Notes under the pieces: model-generated | Database searches by the model: none | What the model saw: only the letters and a program-made list of their open reading frames with translations | Told to the model about the DNA's origin: nothing | Program-made: the position numbers and the translations under genes | DNA from: Gemmatimonadota bacterium | GTDB taxonomy: Bacteria > Latescibacterota > UBA2968 > UBA8231 | DNA: 20,399 nt | Reading direction: 5' to 3' | NCBI GenBank assembly: GCA_038128265.1 | Contig: JAYPJE010000025.1 | Location: 1-20,399, forward strand | Part shown: one piece after another, positions 1 through 10,085 of the stretch | Layout: every line of letters starts with the position of its first letter | Position numbering within the stretch: the stretch's first letter is position 1

Positions 1-1
1 C

Positions 2-610
2 GACGCTGCCCTTGGGCGCCTGCACGCGCACCGGCGGCGCGACGGCGCGGCGCGCCTCAATCAGCGCTTCGGTCAGCGCACCGCCGACCCGGTGCGACCC
101 GGGCCAGATTTCGGTGCTGCCGTTGTCTGCATGCACGTCGATGGGCGAAATATTAACGACCAGCGTCGTGGCCGGATGGTCGCCGTCCTCGCCGGGCCAC
201 AGCGGCTGTGCGTCGCGGTGCAGGGGCTGCGCTTCGCTGCCGGGCAGATTGGTGTTGCCGCTATAGAACGAATTAAACAGGCCGTCGCCCAGCACGCCGT
301 GCGTTACCTGTATGGCAAAGGGATTGGCAACGACGTCGCGAAAGATATAGGGCGGATGGTGCGGGGGCTTTTGCTGCAGGTGACCGCGCTTCCAGCCCGG
401 AATAGAATCGCCGCGGTCGCGGGCGGCTACCAGCGCGTGCGTGTCGGCCAGCAGGCGCTCGTGCAGCGCGTCGAGGGCTGCCTCGTCAACGGCGTGTTCC
501 AACACGACGACGCCCTGCTCTCGGACGGCCGCTACCGCCTGCTGGGCGTGTTCGTCGCTCAGACAGCCGTCGGCGCGTTCGGCTGCCGATATGGCAATAG
601 ATTCAAGCAT
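2..610 (-). CDS. Phytanoyl-CoA dioxygenase (PhyH) family Fe(II)/2-oxoglutarate dioxygenase, KanJ-like clade; 3' end runs off the window
   Basis: Not in the ORF track. Hand translation from ATG at 610: MLESIAISAAERADGCLSDEHAQQAVAAVREQGVVVLEHAVD...GHLQQKPPHHPPYIFRDVVANPFAIQVTHGVLGDGLFNSFYSGNTNLPGSEAQPLHRD...NGSTEIWPGSH...RRAVAPPVRVQAPKGSV. It has the HxD iron motif (LHRD) and the PhyH-type NGxTxxxPGSH motif, and is open to the window edge. Confidence 0.9.
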   Translation of the reverse strand, partial: MLESIAISAAERADGCLSDEHAQQAVAAVREQGVVVLEHAVDEAALDALHERLLADTHALVAARDRGDSIPGWKRGHLQQKPPHHPPYIFRDVVANPFAIQVTHGVLGDGLFNSFYSGNTNLPGSEAQPLHRDAQPLWPGEDGDHPATTLVVNISPIDVHADNGSTEIWPGSHRVGGALTEALIEARRAVAPPVRVQAPKGSV

Positions 611-839
611 CAAATAGGGTCTGTTTGCATTCGCACAGCGGCTTATTCCACCGATTTTGGAAGTATAGGCAGTGTGCAACGGAGACGCCAATCGTCGTGC
701 AGTCACACCAACGACCGCATCGTGGCGAGCAGCCCGTGAGCGAAACGCCCCCTTTCACTTATCTTTACCCGCGATACCGGATCCATCGCAAAACGTCTTA
801 ACACACCTTTTACCTGCATATGAAAGAGTCGCTCGCAGC

Positions 840-1166
840 ATGAGGCAGCGCTTGCACATACTCGCCATGGGCCTCTGCCTGCTGTTCATGTGCACCGAGC
901 CTTCAACGGCGTGGCAGCGGCACACGCCCGGCCACCTCGTCGTAGCCAGGGCGCGGAAAGGCGGTGCGCTAGCGGCTGGCGAGCGCCTGTTAGAACTGGT
1001 GTTCCAACCGCTCATGCCTTCGCATGATAGCCCCTTTCGCCTAGAGCGAGCCCACGTGCGGGTGCAGAGCGAATTTGTCGCGCCCAAATCGCCGCCGAGC
1101 TGCCTCTGCGGTTGGGACTGCGCCGCTGGTTTGTCTATATTGTCGGAACGGAGGACGCAGCAATGA
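840..1166 (+). CDS. Small hypothetical protein or gene remnant (108 aa) with a signal-peptide-like N-terminus and a possible cohesin-like fragment
   Basis: Internal ATG of track ORF 672..1166 gives MRQRLHILAMGLCLLFMCTEPSTA (basic, hydrophobic, small residues), then PGHLVVARARKGGALAAGERLLELVFQPL. Its TGA overlaps the desaturase ATG (ATGA at 1163-1166). No strong RBS. Confidence 0.3.
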   Translation: MRQRLHILAMGLCLLFMCTEPSTAWQRHTPGHLVVARARKGGALAAGERLLELVFQPLMPSHDSPFRLERAHVRVQSEFVAPKSPPSCLCGWDCAAGLSILSERRTQQ

Positions 1167-2173
1167 CGGAACTCAGTGCACGAACGATCGGCTGGTACCG
1201 CACCCCGGTCGAGCGCGAACTTATGCGCAGCCTAAACAGGCGCAGCGATTGGAAGGGCCTCGCACAAACGCTCGGCCACTGGTGCCTGATCGGTCTGCTG
1301 GGCACCCTAGCCTGGCAGGTGCAGGACCGCTGGTATTTGCTCGTACCGGCTCTGCTGGCCTATGGCACGGTGTATGTATTTCTATTCAACTCCACGCACG
1401 AGCTCTGCCACAATACGGTATTCAAAACGCGCTGGCTCAATGGGTTTTTTCTGCGTCTGCACAGCTTCCTAGTCTGGCGCAGCCACATTCACTTTTGGAC
1501 CAGCCACGCCGAGCACCACAAATATACCCTGCATCAGCCCGATGACTTAGAGGTCGTGCTGCCGTATCAGCTGAACCTCAGGGGCTTTCTCAAAACGGGC
1601 TTTTTCGATCCCCTGGGATTCTACGCGACCATCGAGACCCACGTCCTGCACGCGCTGGGTATCGTCCGGGGCGAATGGTCGAGTTATCTCTTCCCGATCG
1701 AAGATGCCGACAAGCGGCGGCGCCTGATTTGGTGGGCGCGCTTTCTATTGGCAGGCCATGCGACCTGGGTTGCGGTATGGCTCTACAACGGCCTGTGGCT
1801 GGTGCCGGTTCTGACGACGGGCGGCGCATTTTACGGCGGCTGGCTGCGCTATTTGTGCAACGGCACGCAGCACGCAGGCCTGCAGGACGACGTGCCGGAT
1901 TTTCGACTCTGCACGCGCACGGTTATACTCAATCCGCTCGTGCGCTTTCTCTACTGGCACATGAACTACCACATCGAACACCACATGTACGCCGGGGTAC
2001 CGTGCTACAATCTGGGCAAGCTGCACGCGGCTATTCGCCACGAATCGCCTGCGCCACCGGTGGGGCTGTTTGCGGCGTGGAAGGAAATCATCGCCATTCT
2101 CAAGCGGCAGAAGACGGAGCCCAGCTACCAGTACATACCCGAATTGCCGATAGCGCAAGCCACCGGTGGGTAG
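1163..2173 (+). CDS. Membrane fatty acid desaturase family di-iron enzyme, MocD-like oxygenase subgroup
   Basis: Three His boxes (HELCH, HAEHH, HIEHH), plus TQHAGL and YWHMNYH motifs and several hydrophobic segments. GGAGGA RBS at 1150-1155 supports ATG 1163 (MTELSAR) over the track start at 1112. Confidence 0.9.
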   Translation: MTELSARTIGWYRTPVERELMRSLNRRSDWKGLAQTLGHWCLIGLLGTLAWQVQDRWYLLVPALLAYGTVYVFLFNSTHELCHNTVFKTRWLNGFFLRLHSFLVWRSHIHFWTSHAEHHKYTLHQPDDLEVVLPYQLNLRGFLKTGFFDPLGFYATIETHVLHALGIVRGEWSSYLFPIEDADKRRRLIWWARFLLAGHATWVAVWLYNGLWLVPVLTTGGAFYGGWLRYLCNGTQHAGLQDDVPDFRLCTRTVILNPLVRFLYWHMNYHIEHHMYAGVPCYNLGKLHAAIRHESPAPPVGLFAAWKEIIAILKRQKTEPSYQYIPELPIAQATGG

Positions 2174-2183
2174 CATATGTTGG

Positions 2184-2205
2184 ACACGTGATGTAGATCA
2201 CATAT
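2184..2205 (+). promoter_or_regulatory. CRP/FNR-family binding site (CRP-box-like palindrome)
   Basis: ACACGTGATGTAGATCACATAT matches the E. coli CRP consensus AAATGTGATCTAGATCACATTT at 18/22 positions, with core cGTGA-N6-TCACA. It is intergenic and upstream of the 2396/3333 genes. Confidence 0.6.
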
Positions 2206-2223
2206 GCCATTTGCCACGGCCTT

Positions 2224-2229
2224 TATTTT
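2224..2229 (+). promoter_or_regulatory. Putative -10 element of a class II activator-dependent promoter
   Basis: TATTTT (4/6 to TATAAT). If +1 is about 2236, the CRP-like box centre (2194.5) lies at -41.5. Confidence 0.35.
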
Positions 2230-2395
2230 TGGTTGGTCCGATGGGTGTGCCACCGCCCAACCCGAACAGCGGTCCAACCGTGCTCGCCGGGAGCGCAGGC
2301 ACTTCTACAGCTCGGAAAACTTGTTTACCGTGCAAGCCGTGGACATATTGGTCCGTTAGTGACGGCATATGCACATGCCAGAAAGAGGATCCCGC

Positions 2396-3328
2396 GTGAA
2401 GACCATCCTAGCTCCTATAAGCATCGTGGCTGCGCTCTTCCTCACGCCAGCCGTTGAGGCCCAGCAAGAAGAGGCAAGCGTATTTATCCAGGTTACCGAA
2501 GGGGTAGACGGCCTATCGGAGGGGCTAGAGGAATGGAGCGCACAGTGGGACGACGTAGCCGATATCATCGACGAACAGTACGGGGACTTCGCCGAAGAGC
2601 GCACGTTTGAAGAAGGCGATGAGATCGACGAAGATGAGATACCGGAAACCGAAGGGACATTTCCCGTAGATGGCGAGACGTTAAATGCCCTCTATATGGC
2701 TGCAGTCGAAGTGGATCGGCACTTTGAAGCCGTTGGCGGTGAACTGGCTTTTCTCGACGAATTTATGGAGACCAGTTCGTTCCCCGAGGAGCGCGAAGAG
2801 GCCAACGAGAAGATACTGGAAAACGTCGAGAGCCTGCGCGCTCAGCTCGAAGAGGCAAGCGATCACTGGCAAGAAATCCTAGATCATCTAGATCGGACGG
2901 TCGAAGGCGACGCACCCGCTCTCGACCAAGGCGGTAATCCCATCGCCTCCATGGGACAGCGACAGCGATCGGCGATACGGGGGCTGCATACGCAACGTGA
3001 CGATGCGCCCAGCATCAGCATCAGCCGCAGCGAAATGGAGACGGGTGGATGGAACTTGACCCAACTAAGTGCCGGCGTCACCAAGAGCAAAAAAACTTCC
3101 AAAAAGAAACACACCCAGGCCAGCGCAACTACTAGCACGGGGCGCGCAGGCAGTCGCGCAGGCACTCAACGCGGTCTGGTCGCAGAAAGCTACGAAGCCC
3201 ATTATTCCGTCATCGCCTGGGGTGGACTGTTCATTGGACACGAGATCGCGCTGCTAAACGAATCCGTTGCCGAGTTTGCCGATGCGGTGGCTCTGGCCGT
3301 AGAAAACGTTCAACAAGTAGAGGACTAA
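2396..3328 (+). CDS. Secreted acidic helical hypothetical protein with an internal two-fold repeat
   Basis: AGAGG RBS before GTG 2396. Signal peptide MKTILAPISIVAALFLTPAVEA/QQEE. Long open frame with the stop 4 bp before the protease ATG. No family recognised. Confidence 0.8.
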   Translation: MKTILAPISIVAALFLTPAVEAQQEEASVFIQVTEGVDGLSEGLEEWSAQWDDVADIIDEQYGDFAEERTFEEGDEIDEDEIPETEGTFPVDGETLNALYMAAVEVDRHFEAVGGELAFLDEFMETSSFPEEREEANEKILENVESLRAQLEEASDHWQEILDHLDRTVEGDAPALDQGGNPIASMGQRQRSAIRGLHTQRDDAPSISISRSEMETGGWNLTQLSAGVTKSKKTSKKKHTQASATTSTGRAGSRAGTQRGLVAESYEAHYSVIAWGGLFIGHEIALLNESVAEFADAVALAVENVQQVED

Positions 3329-3332
3329 AACC

Positions 3333-6300
3333 ATGCTAGATCGCTCTATAACGCGCGCAGTGGGGTTGGCATCCACTCTGCTGCTAGCTACCCTGTCGGT
3401 TACACCCTCCTCGGGGTACACGAACAAGATATCCAAGGCCGGTCGCACGCAATCGATAGCGAACGCAACTCGTTCGCTCAACCTGACGCCCTTTGGCGGT
3501 TCTGGAACCAGCGCCAGCCAGCCGCCGTCGACCATCCGCCACCAAACCCTGTCCGGCGGGCAGTCGCTGGTGCTGCCGACGCGGGCCGGTGCGGGCAAAG
3601 TTGCCGTAACCGAACAGGACGAATGGGATCTGTGGATCGACGAGACCACCAGCACGCCCATCTTCATGCAGGCCAAAGGCCGGGCCGGCGCAGCCAAGCG
3701 AGCTACCGGCGTCTCAAGCGCGGAGCAGGTGCTTAGCTTCGTCGAAGCCAATGCCGGCCTCTTCAACCTGCGCCAGCCCCGACTCGAGCTAGCCGTCCAG
3801 CGCGAGCGTACCGACGCCGACGGGCGCGAACACATCACGTTTGCGCAGCGCTACCAGGACGTGCCGGTTTGGGGCGCGGCTCTGGTCGGCCACGTCAGCG
3901 GCGACCAGGGGCTGTTTGCCATCAACGGTCGCTATCGACCCACGCCAACGCGCCTTTCCAGCGTGGAGCCCGCCATCACGACGGCACAGGCCATTGCCAG
4001 CGCCATGAGCACCTACGGCAAAAAGGTGCAGCCCCTAAGCCAAGGCCTGCGCGAGCTGCTGGACTACGAAGGGCCCAGTGCCGAGCTCTACATATGGAGC
4101 AAAGCACCGACTAGCACGCCCCATTTGGTCTGGAAGGTGGAAATGCGCCCGAACGCCTATGAGCGCTGGCGCTACTTTGTCGATGCCCTCAGCGGCGAGG
4201 TGCTCGACAAATATCAGTTCTCGCCGACCGACGGTCCCACGGTGGGATCGGGCGTTGGGCTCGACGGCCAAGAGGTGCAGCTCAACACATTTCAGAGCGG
4301 CGACGCCTACTACTTGATCGACGCGACTGCGTCTACAGCCAACGAGCTGAAAATCGTCGACAATACCAACCTGCGCTGGACCCTGCAGCCCGATGGCGAG
4401 TTCCTGACGGCCTATGCCAACAGTTCCAACAGCTTTGACGACCCGGCGGCCGTCTCGGCCCACGCCAATATGGTCAAAATCTACGACTACTTTTACACCG
4501 TCCACGGACGCAATAGCATCAACGGCGTAGGCGGCAATATGATCTCGGTGGTGCACGTGACGGACGAAGACGGCGAGTCGATGGCCAACGCCTATTGGAA
4601 CGGCGTCTACATGGCCTACGGCGACGGCGGCGGCGTATTCGAGCCGCTGTCCGGCAGCCTCGATGTCGCCGCCCACGAAATGGCGCACGGCGTCATTGAA
4701 CACACCGCCAATCTCGAATACCGATTCCAATCCGGCGCACTCAACGAGTCGATCGCCGATATTTTTGGCGCCATGATCGATGACGACGACTGGCTGATTG
4801 GCGAAGACGTTGTGAAGGCCGCTTACTTTCCATCTGGTGCCCTGCGCAACTTGGAGGATCCTCATAACGGCGACCATGCCAACGGCTGGCAGCCGGCCCA
4901 CATGGATGAATTCGCCGACCTGCCCGAAGACCAGGACCACGGCGGCGTGCACATAAACAGCGGCATCTCCAACCGCGCGGCGTTTCTCATAGCCGATGCG
5001 ATCGGACGCGAACGCACGGGGCGCATCTACTACCACCTGCTCACCAACTACCTGACGCCCACCAGCAACTTCGTCGACTGCCGTCTAGCCGCCGAACAAG
5101 CGGCCACCGACCTCTACGCAGACGACCCGCAGGTGCTGCAAGCCGTGCGCAATGCCTTCGATGGCGTGGGCATTGTCGTGCCGGGTGGGGAAACGAGCGA
5201 GGAAACGGCTGGCGGAGGAACGACCGGAGGCACCACCGAAGAGCCGAGCGAGGAAGGGCCACTGCTGATAGACGGGCGCAACTTCTGGGTGGCCTCCGTA
5301 GGGGCGACCGACGACGGCGACAACAGCCTGTTTATTGCCAAACCGGGCCTCGACCCCAACGAGCTACCCTATCGCAAGCTGCTCACCAATACGCAGGTAT
5401 TCGCCGAGACGGGCAATGCAATAACGGCGCCCCAGCACGGTCGCTTTTTGCTCTTTATCGACAGCGACAACAACCTGCGCTTCATAGGCAGCGACGGCGA
5501 GGGCGAAGAGGTCCTCAACGACGACGGCGACTGGGGTTCAATCGCCCTCTCGCCCGACGGCAATCGGTTGATCGCGACCACGGTCTACGAAGATTCAACG
5601 CTGTTTTTCTTTGACCTAGACAACGCCGATAACAATAAGGCGATCAAGCTCTACCACACGACAACGGCATCCAATGTGATCTCCTATGCGACGCGCTTTG
5701 CCGACGCCGTCCAGTGGGATGCCACCGGGCGCTACGTCGTCTTTGACTCGTATAATAGCCTGCCCGGCGTCGACGGCGAGATGATTGACTTTTGGGATAT
5801 CAAGGTCGTCAACCCAGCCAATGGCGTGGTCACCTCGTGGTCTCCGCCGCTGCCGCCGGGCCTGCACCTGGCCAACCCATCGTTCTCGGGAGAAATTATC
5901 GACGGAAATATAAACGACTGCCGCTTGCTCTACGAGGTCGTCGACGATAATGCGCTGCAAACGACCGTAAACGTACTCGACCGGTGTGCCGGCACATCGG
6001 GTGGACTCGTCTCTTTCCCAGACGCGATCTTCACCTTTCCCCGCTTTATCAACAACGATCGCGAAGTGGTATTTGAGTACTGGAGCGAAGAAGACGATGT
6101 GTATGCTGCAAACCTGTGGAGATTGTCCCTGAGCGAAGATCGCCTGAGCGCAACCAGCGCGCCCCTGTTCTTTATGAGCGGCACGCAGTCCCCACACGCA
6201 TTTACGGTGGACGACGAGTCGGGGATCTTGCCGACGGCCGTCGAGGAAGAAGGGGAGCGTCAGCCGACCCATTACGCACTAGGGCAGAATCACCCCAATC

Positions 6301-6557
6301 CCTTCAACCCGGAAACAGTCATTCCCTACGAGCTGTCCACAACCGGGCAGGTTCGACTGCAGATCTTCGATTTGGCCGGACAGCACGTCATTACGTTGGT
6401 CGACGATCAGCATCAGGCGGGCCGATATCAGGCCCGTTGGCGCGGCGTAGATGCCAAGGGCCATCCGGTAGCCACGGGCGTATATTTTTACGAACTGAGC
6501 TATATAGACGGTGCAGATCGAAGCAAATTGACGCGCAAGATGCTGTTGCTAAGATAG
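3333..6557 (+). CDS. M4 (thermolysin/bacillolysin) family zinc metallopeptidase with FTP/PepSY propeptide, beta-propeller-like region and C-terminal FlgD-Ig/T9SS-like sorting domain
   Basis: Signal peptide; FTP motif (HITFAQRYQDVPVWG); PepSY motif (RYFVDALSGEVL); NAYWNG; HEMAH (4674-4688); GALNESIAD; DHGGVHINSGISN; G/T/E linker; ALSPDG-type blades; C-terminus LGQNHPNPFNPET...GVYFYEL...TRKMLLLR. Confidence 0.95.
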   Translation: MLDRSITRAVGLASTLLLATLSVTPSSGYTNKISKAGRTQSIANATRSLNLTPFGGSGTSASQPPSTIRHQTLSGGQSLVLPTRAGAGKVAVTEQDEWDLWIDETTSTPIFMQAKGRAGAAKRATGVSSAEQVLSFVEANAGLFNLRQPRLELAVQRERTDADGREHITFAQRYQDVPVWGAALVGHVSGDQGLFAINGRYRPTPTRLSSVEPAITTAQAIASAMSTYGKKVQPLSQGLRELLDYEGPSAELYIWSKAPTSTPHLVWKVEMRPNAYERWRYFVDALSGEVLDKYQFSPTDGPTVGSGVGLDGQEVQLNTFQSGDAYYLIDATASTANELKIVDNTNLRWTLQPDGEFLTAYANSSNSFDDPAAVSAHANMVKIYDYFYTVHGRNSINGVGGNMISVVHVTDEDGESMANAYWNGVYMAYGDGGGVFEPLSGSLDVAAHEMAHGVIEHTANLEYRFQSGALNESIADIFGAMIDDDDWLIGEDVVKAAYFPSGALRNLEDPHNGDHANGWQPAHMDEFADLPEDQDHGGVHINSGISNRAAFLIADAIGRERTGRIYYHLLTNYLTPTSNFVDCRLAAEQAATDLYADDPQVLQAVRNAFDGVGIVVPGGETSEETAGGGTTGGTTEEPSEEGPLLIDGRNFWVASVGATDDGDNSLFIAKPGLDPNELPYRKLLTNTQVFAETGNAITAPQHGRFLLFIDSDNNLRFIGSDGEGEEVLNDDGDWGSIALSPDGNRLIATTVYEDSTLFFFDLDNADNNKAIKLYHTTTASNVISYATRFADAVQWDATGRYVVFDSYNSLPGVDGEMIDFWDIKVVNPANGVVTSWSPPLPPGLHLANPSFSGEIIDGNINDCRLLYEVVDDNALQTTVNVLDRCAGTSGGLVSFPDAIFTFPRFINNDREVVFEYWSEEDDVYAANLWRLSLSEDRLSATSAPLFFMSGTQSPHAFTVDDESGILPTAVEEEGERQPTHYALGQNHPNPFNPETVIPYELSTTGQVRLQIFDLAGQHVITLVDDQHQAGRYQARWRGVDAKGHPVATGVYFYELSYIDGADRSKLTRKMLLLR

Positions 6558-6595
6558 GCGCGTAAAAGATGGGGCGCCGCGCGCGCCCGGACGCA

Positions 6596-6637
6596 AACAG
6601 GTGCTCCGCTATGGCTTATTCTAGCGGAGCACTTGTT
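6596..6637. terminator. Long hairpin between convergent genes, probable (possibly bidirectional) terminator
   Basis: AACAGGTGCTCCGCTA-(10-nt loop)-TAGCGGAGCACTTGTT: 16-bp stem with one G-U pair, about 40 bp after the protease stop. The U-tract is imperfect. Confidence 0.65.
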
Positions 6638-6866
6638 GTGTCTCAACCAATGGCGGTGTCTTTTGCGCCGATGCAAACCCAGTCGGACCAGCGCGACGCT
6701 GCGCCGCGCTCTGGCCGGATAGAATGGGCAGCGAACCGAGAGGGTCGGTGCGCATACCCGTATGCCAGCGGGCCTTAGCTACGATGGGGCGCGCATGGGT
6801 GCCGTTCATTGGCGACTCAGCCATTCAAGAGTACGGCCCGAAAAACGGTCTCTATCGCCAAGGTGG

Positions 6867-9137
<2,271 letters not shown>

Positions 9138-9202
9138 AGAGTTCTACAGGCCTTTTACCGCGAGCTTCTGCAAGCGTCAAGCGTGCCGAACAGAGCGCTG
9201 GG

Positions 9203-10036
9203 CTATTGCTGTTGGGGCACGCCCAACACCTTTTCGATTTCCAGCGCGCGAATATCGTCCCAGTCGGAATTCTGAGCTGGCTGCACTCCATCAAACTTTA
9301 TTCCCTGCAATAGCGACTTGCCCAGCGAGTCACTCGCCATAGCGAATAACGCGGTGCCTATGGCAGCCACACGCGTGCTATCAATGCGCGGATGGGCTGC
9401 CATCGCATGCGGTGTATACCCCTCTGTCTTGTAGAGCACGCGCAGATTCTTGCGCACATCTGCGTCTACATTGGCTAGCGTCCGCTCAATACCTCCCCCA
9501 GCCATATAGCGCCCCAGCGCGACGTTGCGATATACCGAGTCGTGCGACTGAACATACTTGGGTCGGATATACACGTTTTGCGTGCTCATATAGGCCTGTG
9601 GAAGAATGGAGGCGGCAAAGGCCGCTGGGCTGGGAAAGCACATCTCCGTGGAGTCGAGTGCGGCCAATTCTCGAATCGGGCTATCCGCCTTTACAACGAT
9701 AATGCCGCGAATCTTTTTGTTGGCCTGGTTGGCAAAGGCCACATAGCCCTGTTTTGCGTGTGCGACCGTATAGTGGTACGGATTCATATAGGCTATATCG
9801 TACTCGCCAGCGAGCAGGCGCTCTTCAAACGTGGGTATATCTTTTGCCGTCCTAAACACGAGTTTGCAATCGGCCCGTTCACCCACATGCTGCAGGATGG
9901 GCATCCACAGCTTGGCCAGCACTGCGGCCGACTGCTGCGGAACAATGCCAAACGTCAGGGTTTCTGATTTTTCTTGCGCTTGTAGGGCTGAAGAAACCAG
10001 CACCGCTAGTAGCACGCACAGTCTGGATAGTGTCAT
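9203..10036 (-). CDS. PhnD-fold (phosphate/phosphite/phosphonate-type) periplasmic substrate-binding protein
   Basis: Signal peptide; motifs LTFGIVPQQS, YDIAYMNPYHY, GIIVVKADSPI, SHDSVY, YTPHAMAAHPR. GAGG RBS upstream of ATG 10036. Confidence 0.88.
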   Translation of the reverse strand: MTLSRLCVLLAVLVSSALQAQEKSETLTFGIVPQQSAAVLAKLWMPILQHVGERADCKLVFRTAKDIPTFEERLLAGEYDIAYMNPYHYTVAHAKQGYVAFANQANKKIRGIIVVKADSPIRELAALDSTEMCFPSPAAFAASILPQAYMSTQNVYIRPKYVQSHDSVYRNVALGRYMAGGGIERTLANVDADVRKNLRVLYKTEGYTPHAMAAHPRIDSTRVAAIGTALFAMASDSLGKSLLQGIKFDGVQPAQNSDWDDIRALEIEKVLGVPQQQ

Positions 10037-10085
10037 AAAAACCTCAATAGGCTGATAGCCTGTATGCTCCCTCTCTCAGATGGCG

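Noticed and set aside
12..739. Plus-strand ORFs 12..266 and 92..739
   Set aside because: Antisense shadows of the minus-strand PhyH gene, with no recognisable motifs.
755..1087. Minus-strand 110-aa Cys-containing ORF
   Set aside because: No motif or convincing start, and it overlaps the slightly more protein-like plus-strand frame.
3254..6272. Long antisense ORFs inside the protease gene (3254..3838, 4035..5036, 5616..6272)
   Set aside because: Expected shadows of a GC-rich coding strand; the translations are not protein-like.
6560..6640. GGACGCAAA suggesting a c-di-GMP-I riboswitch
   Set aside because: The rest of the consensus is absent, and the site lies between convergent 3' ends; a terminator explains the hairpin better.
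6568..6792. 10-bp direct repeat GATGGGGCGC (6568-6577 and 6783-6792) as a target-site duplication of a small insertion
   Set aside because: Short and GC-rich, so plausible by chance. No terminal inverted repeats inside it.
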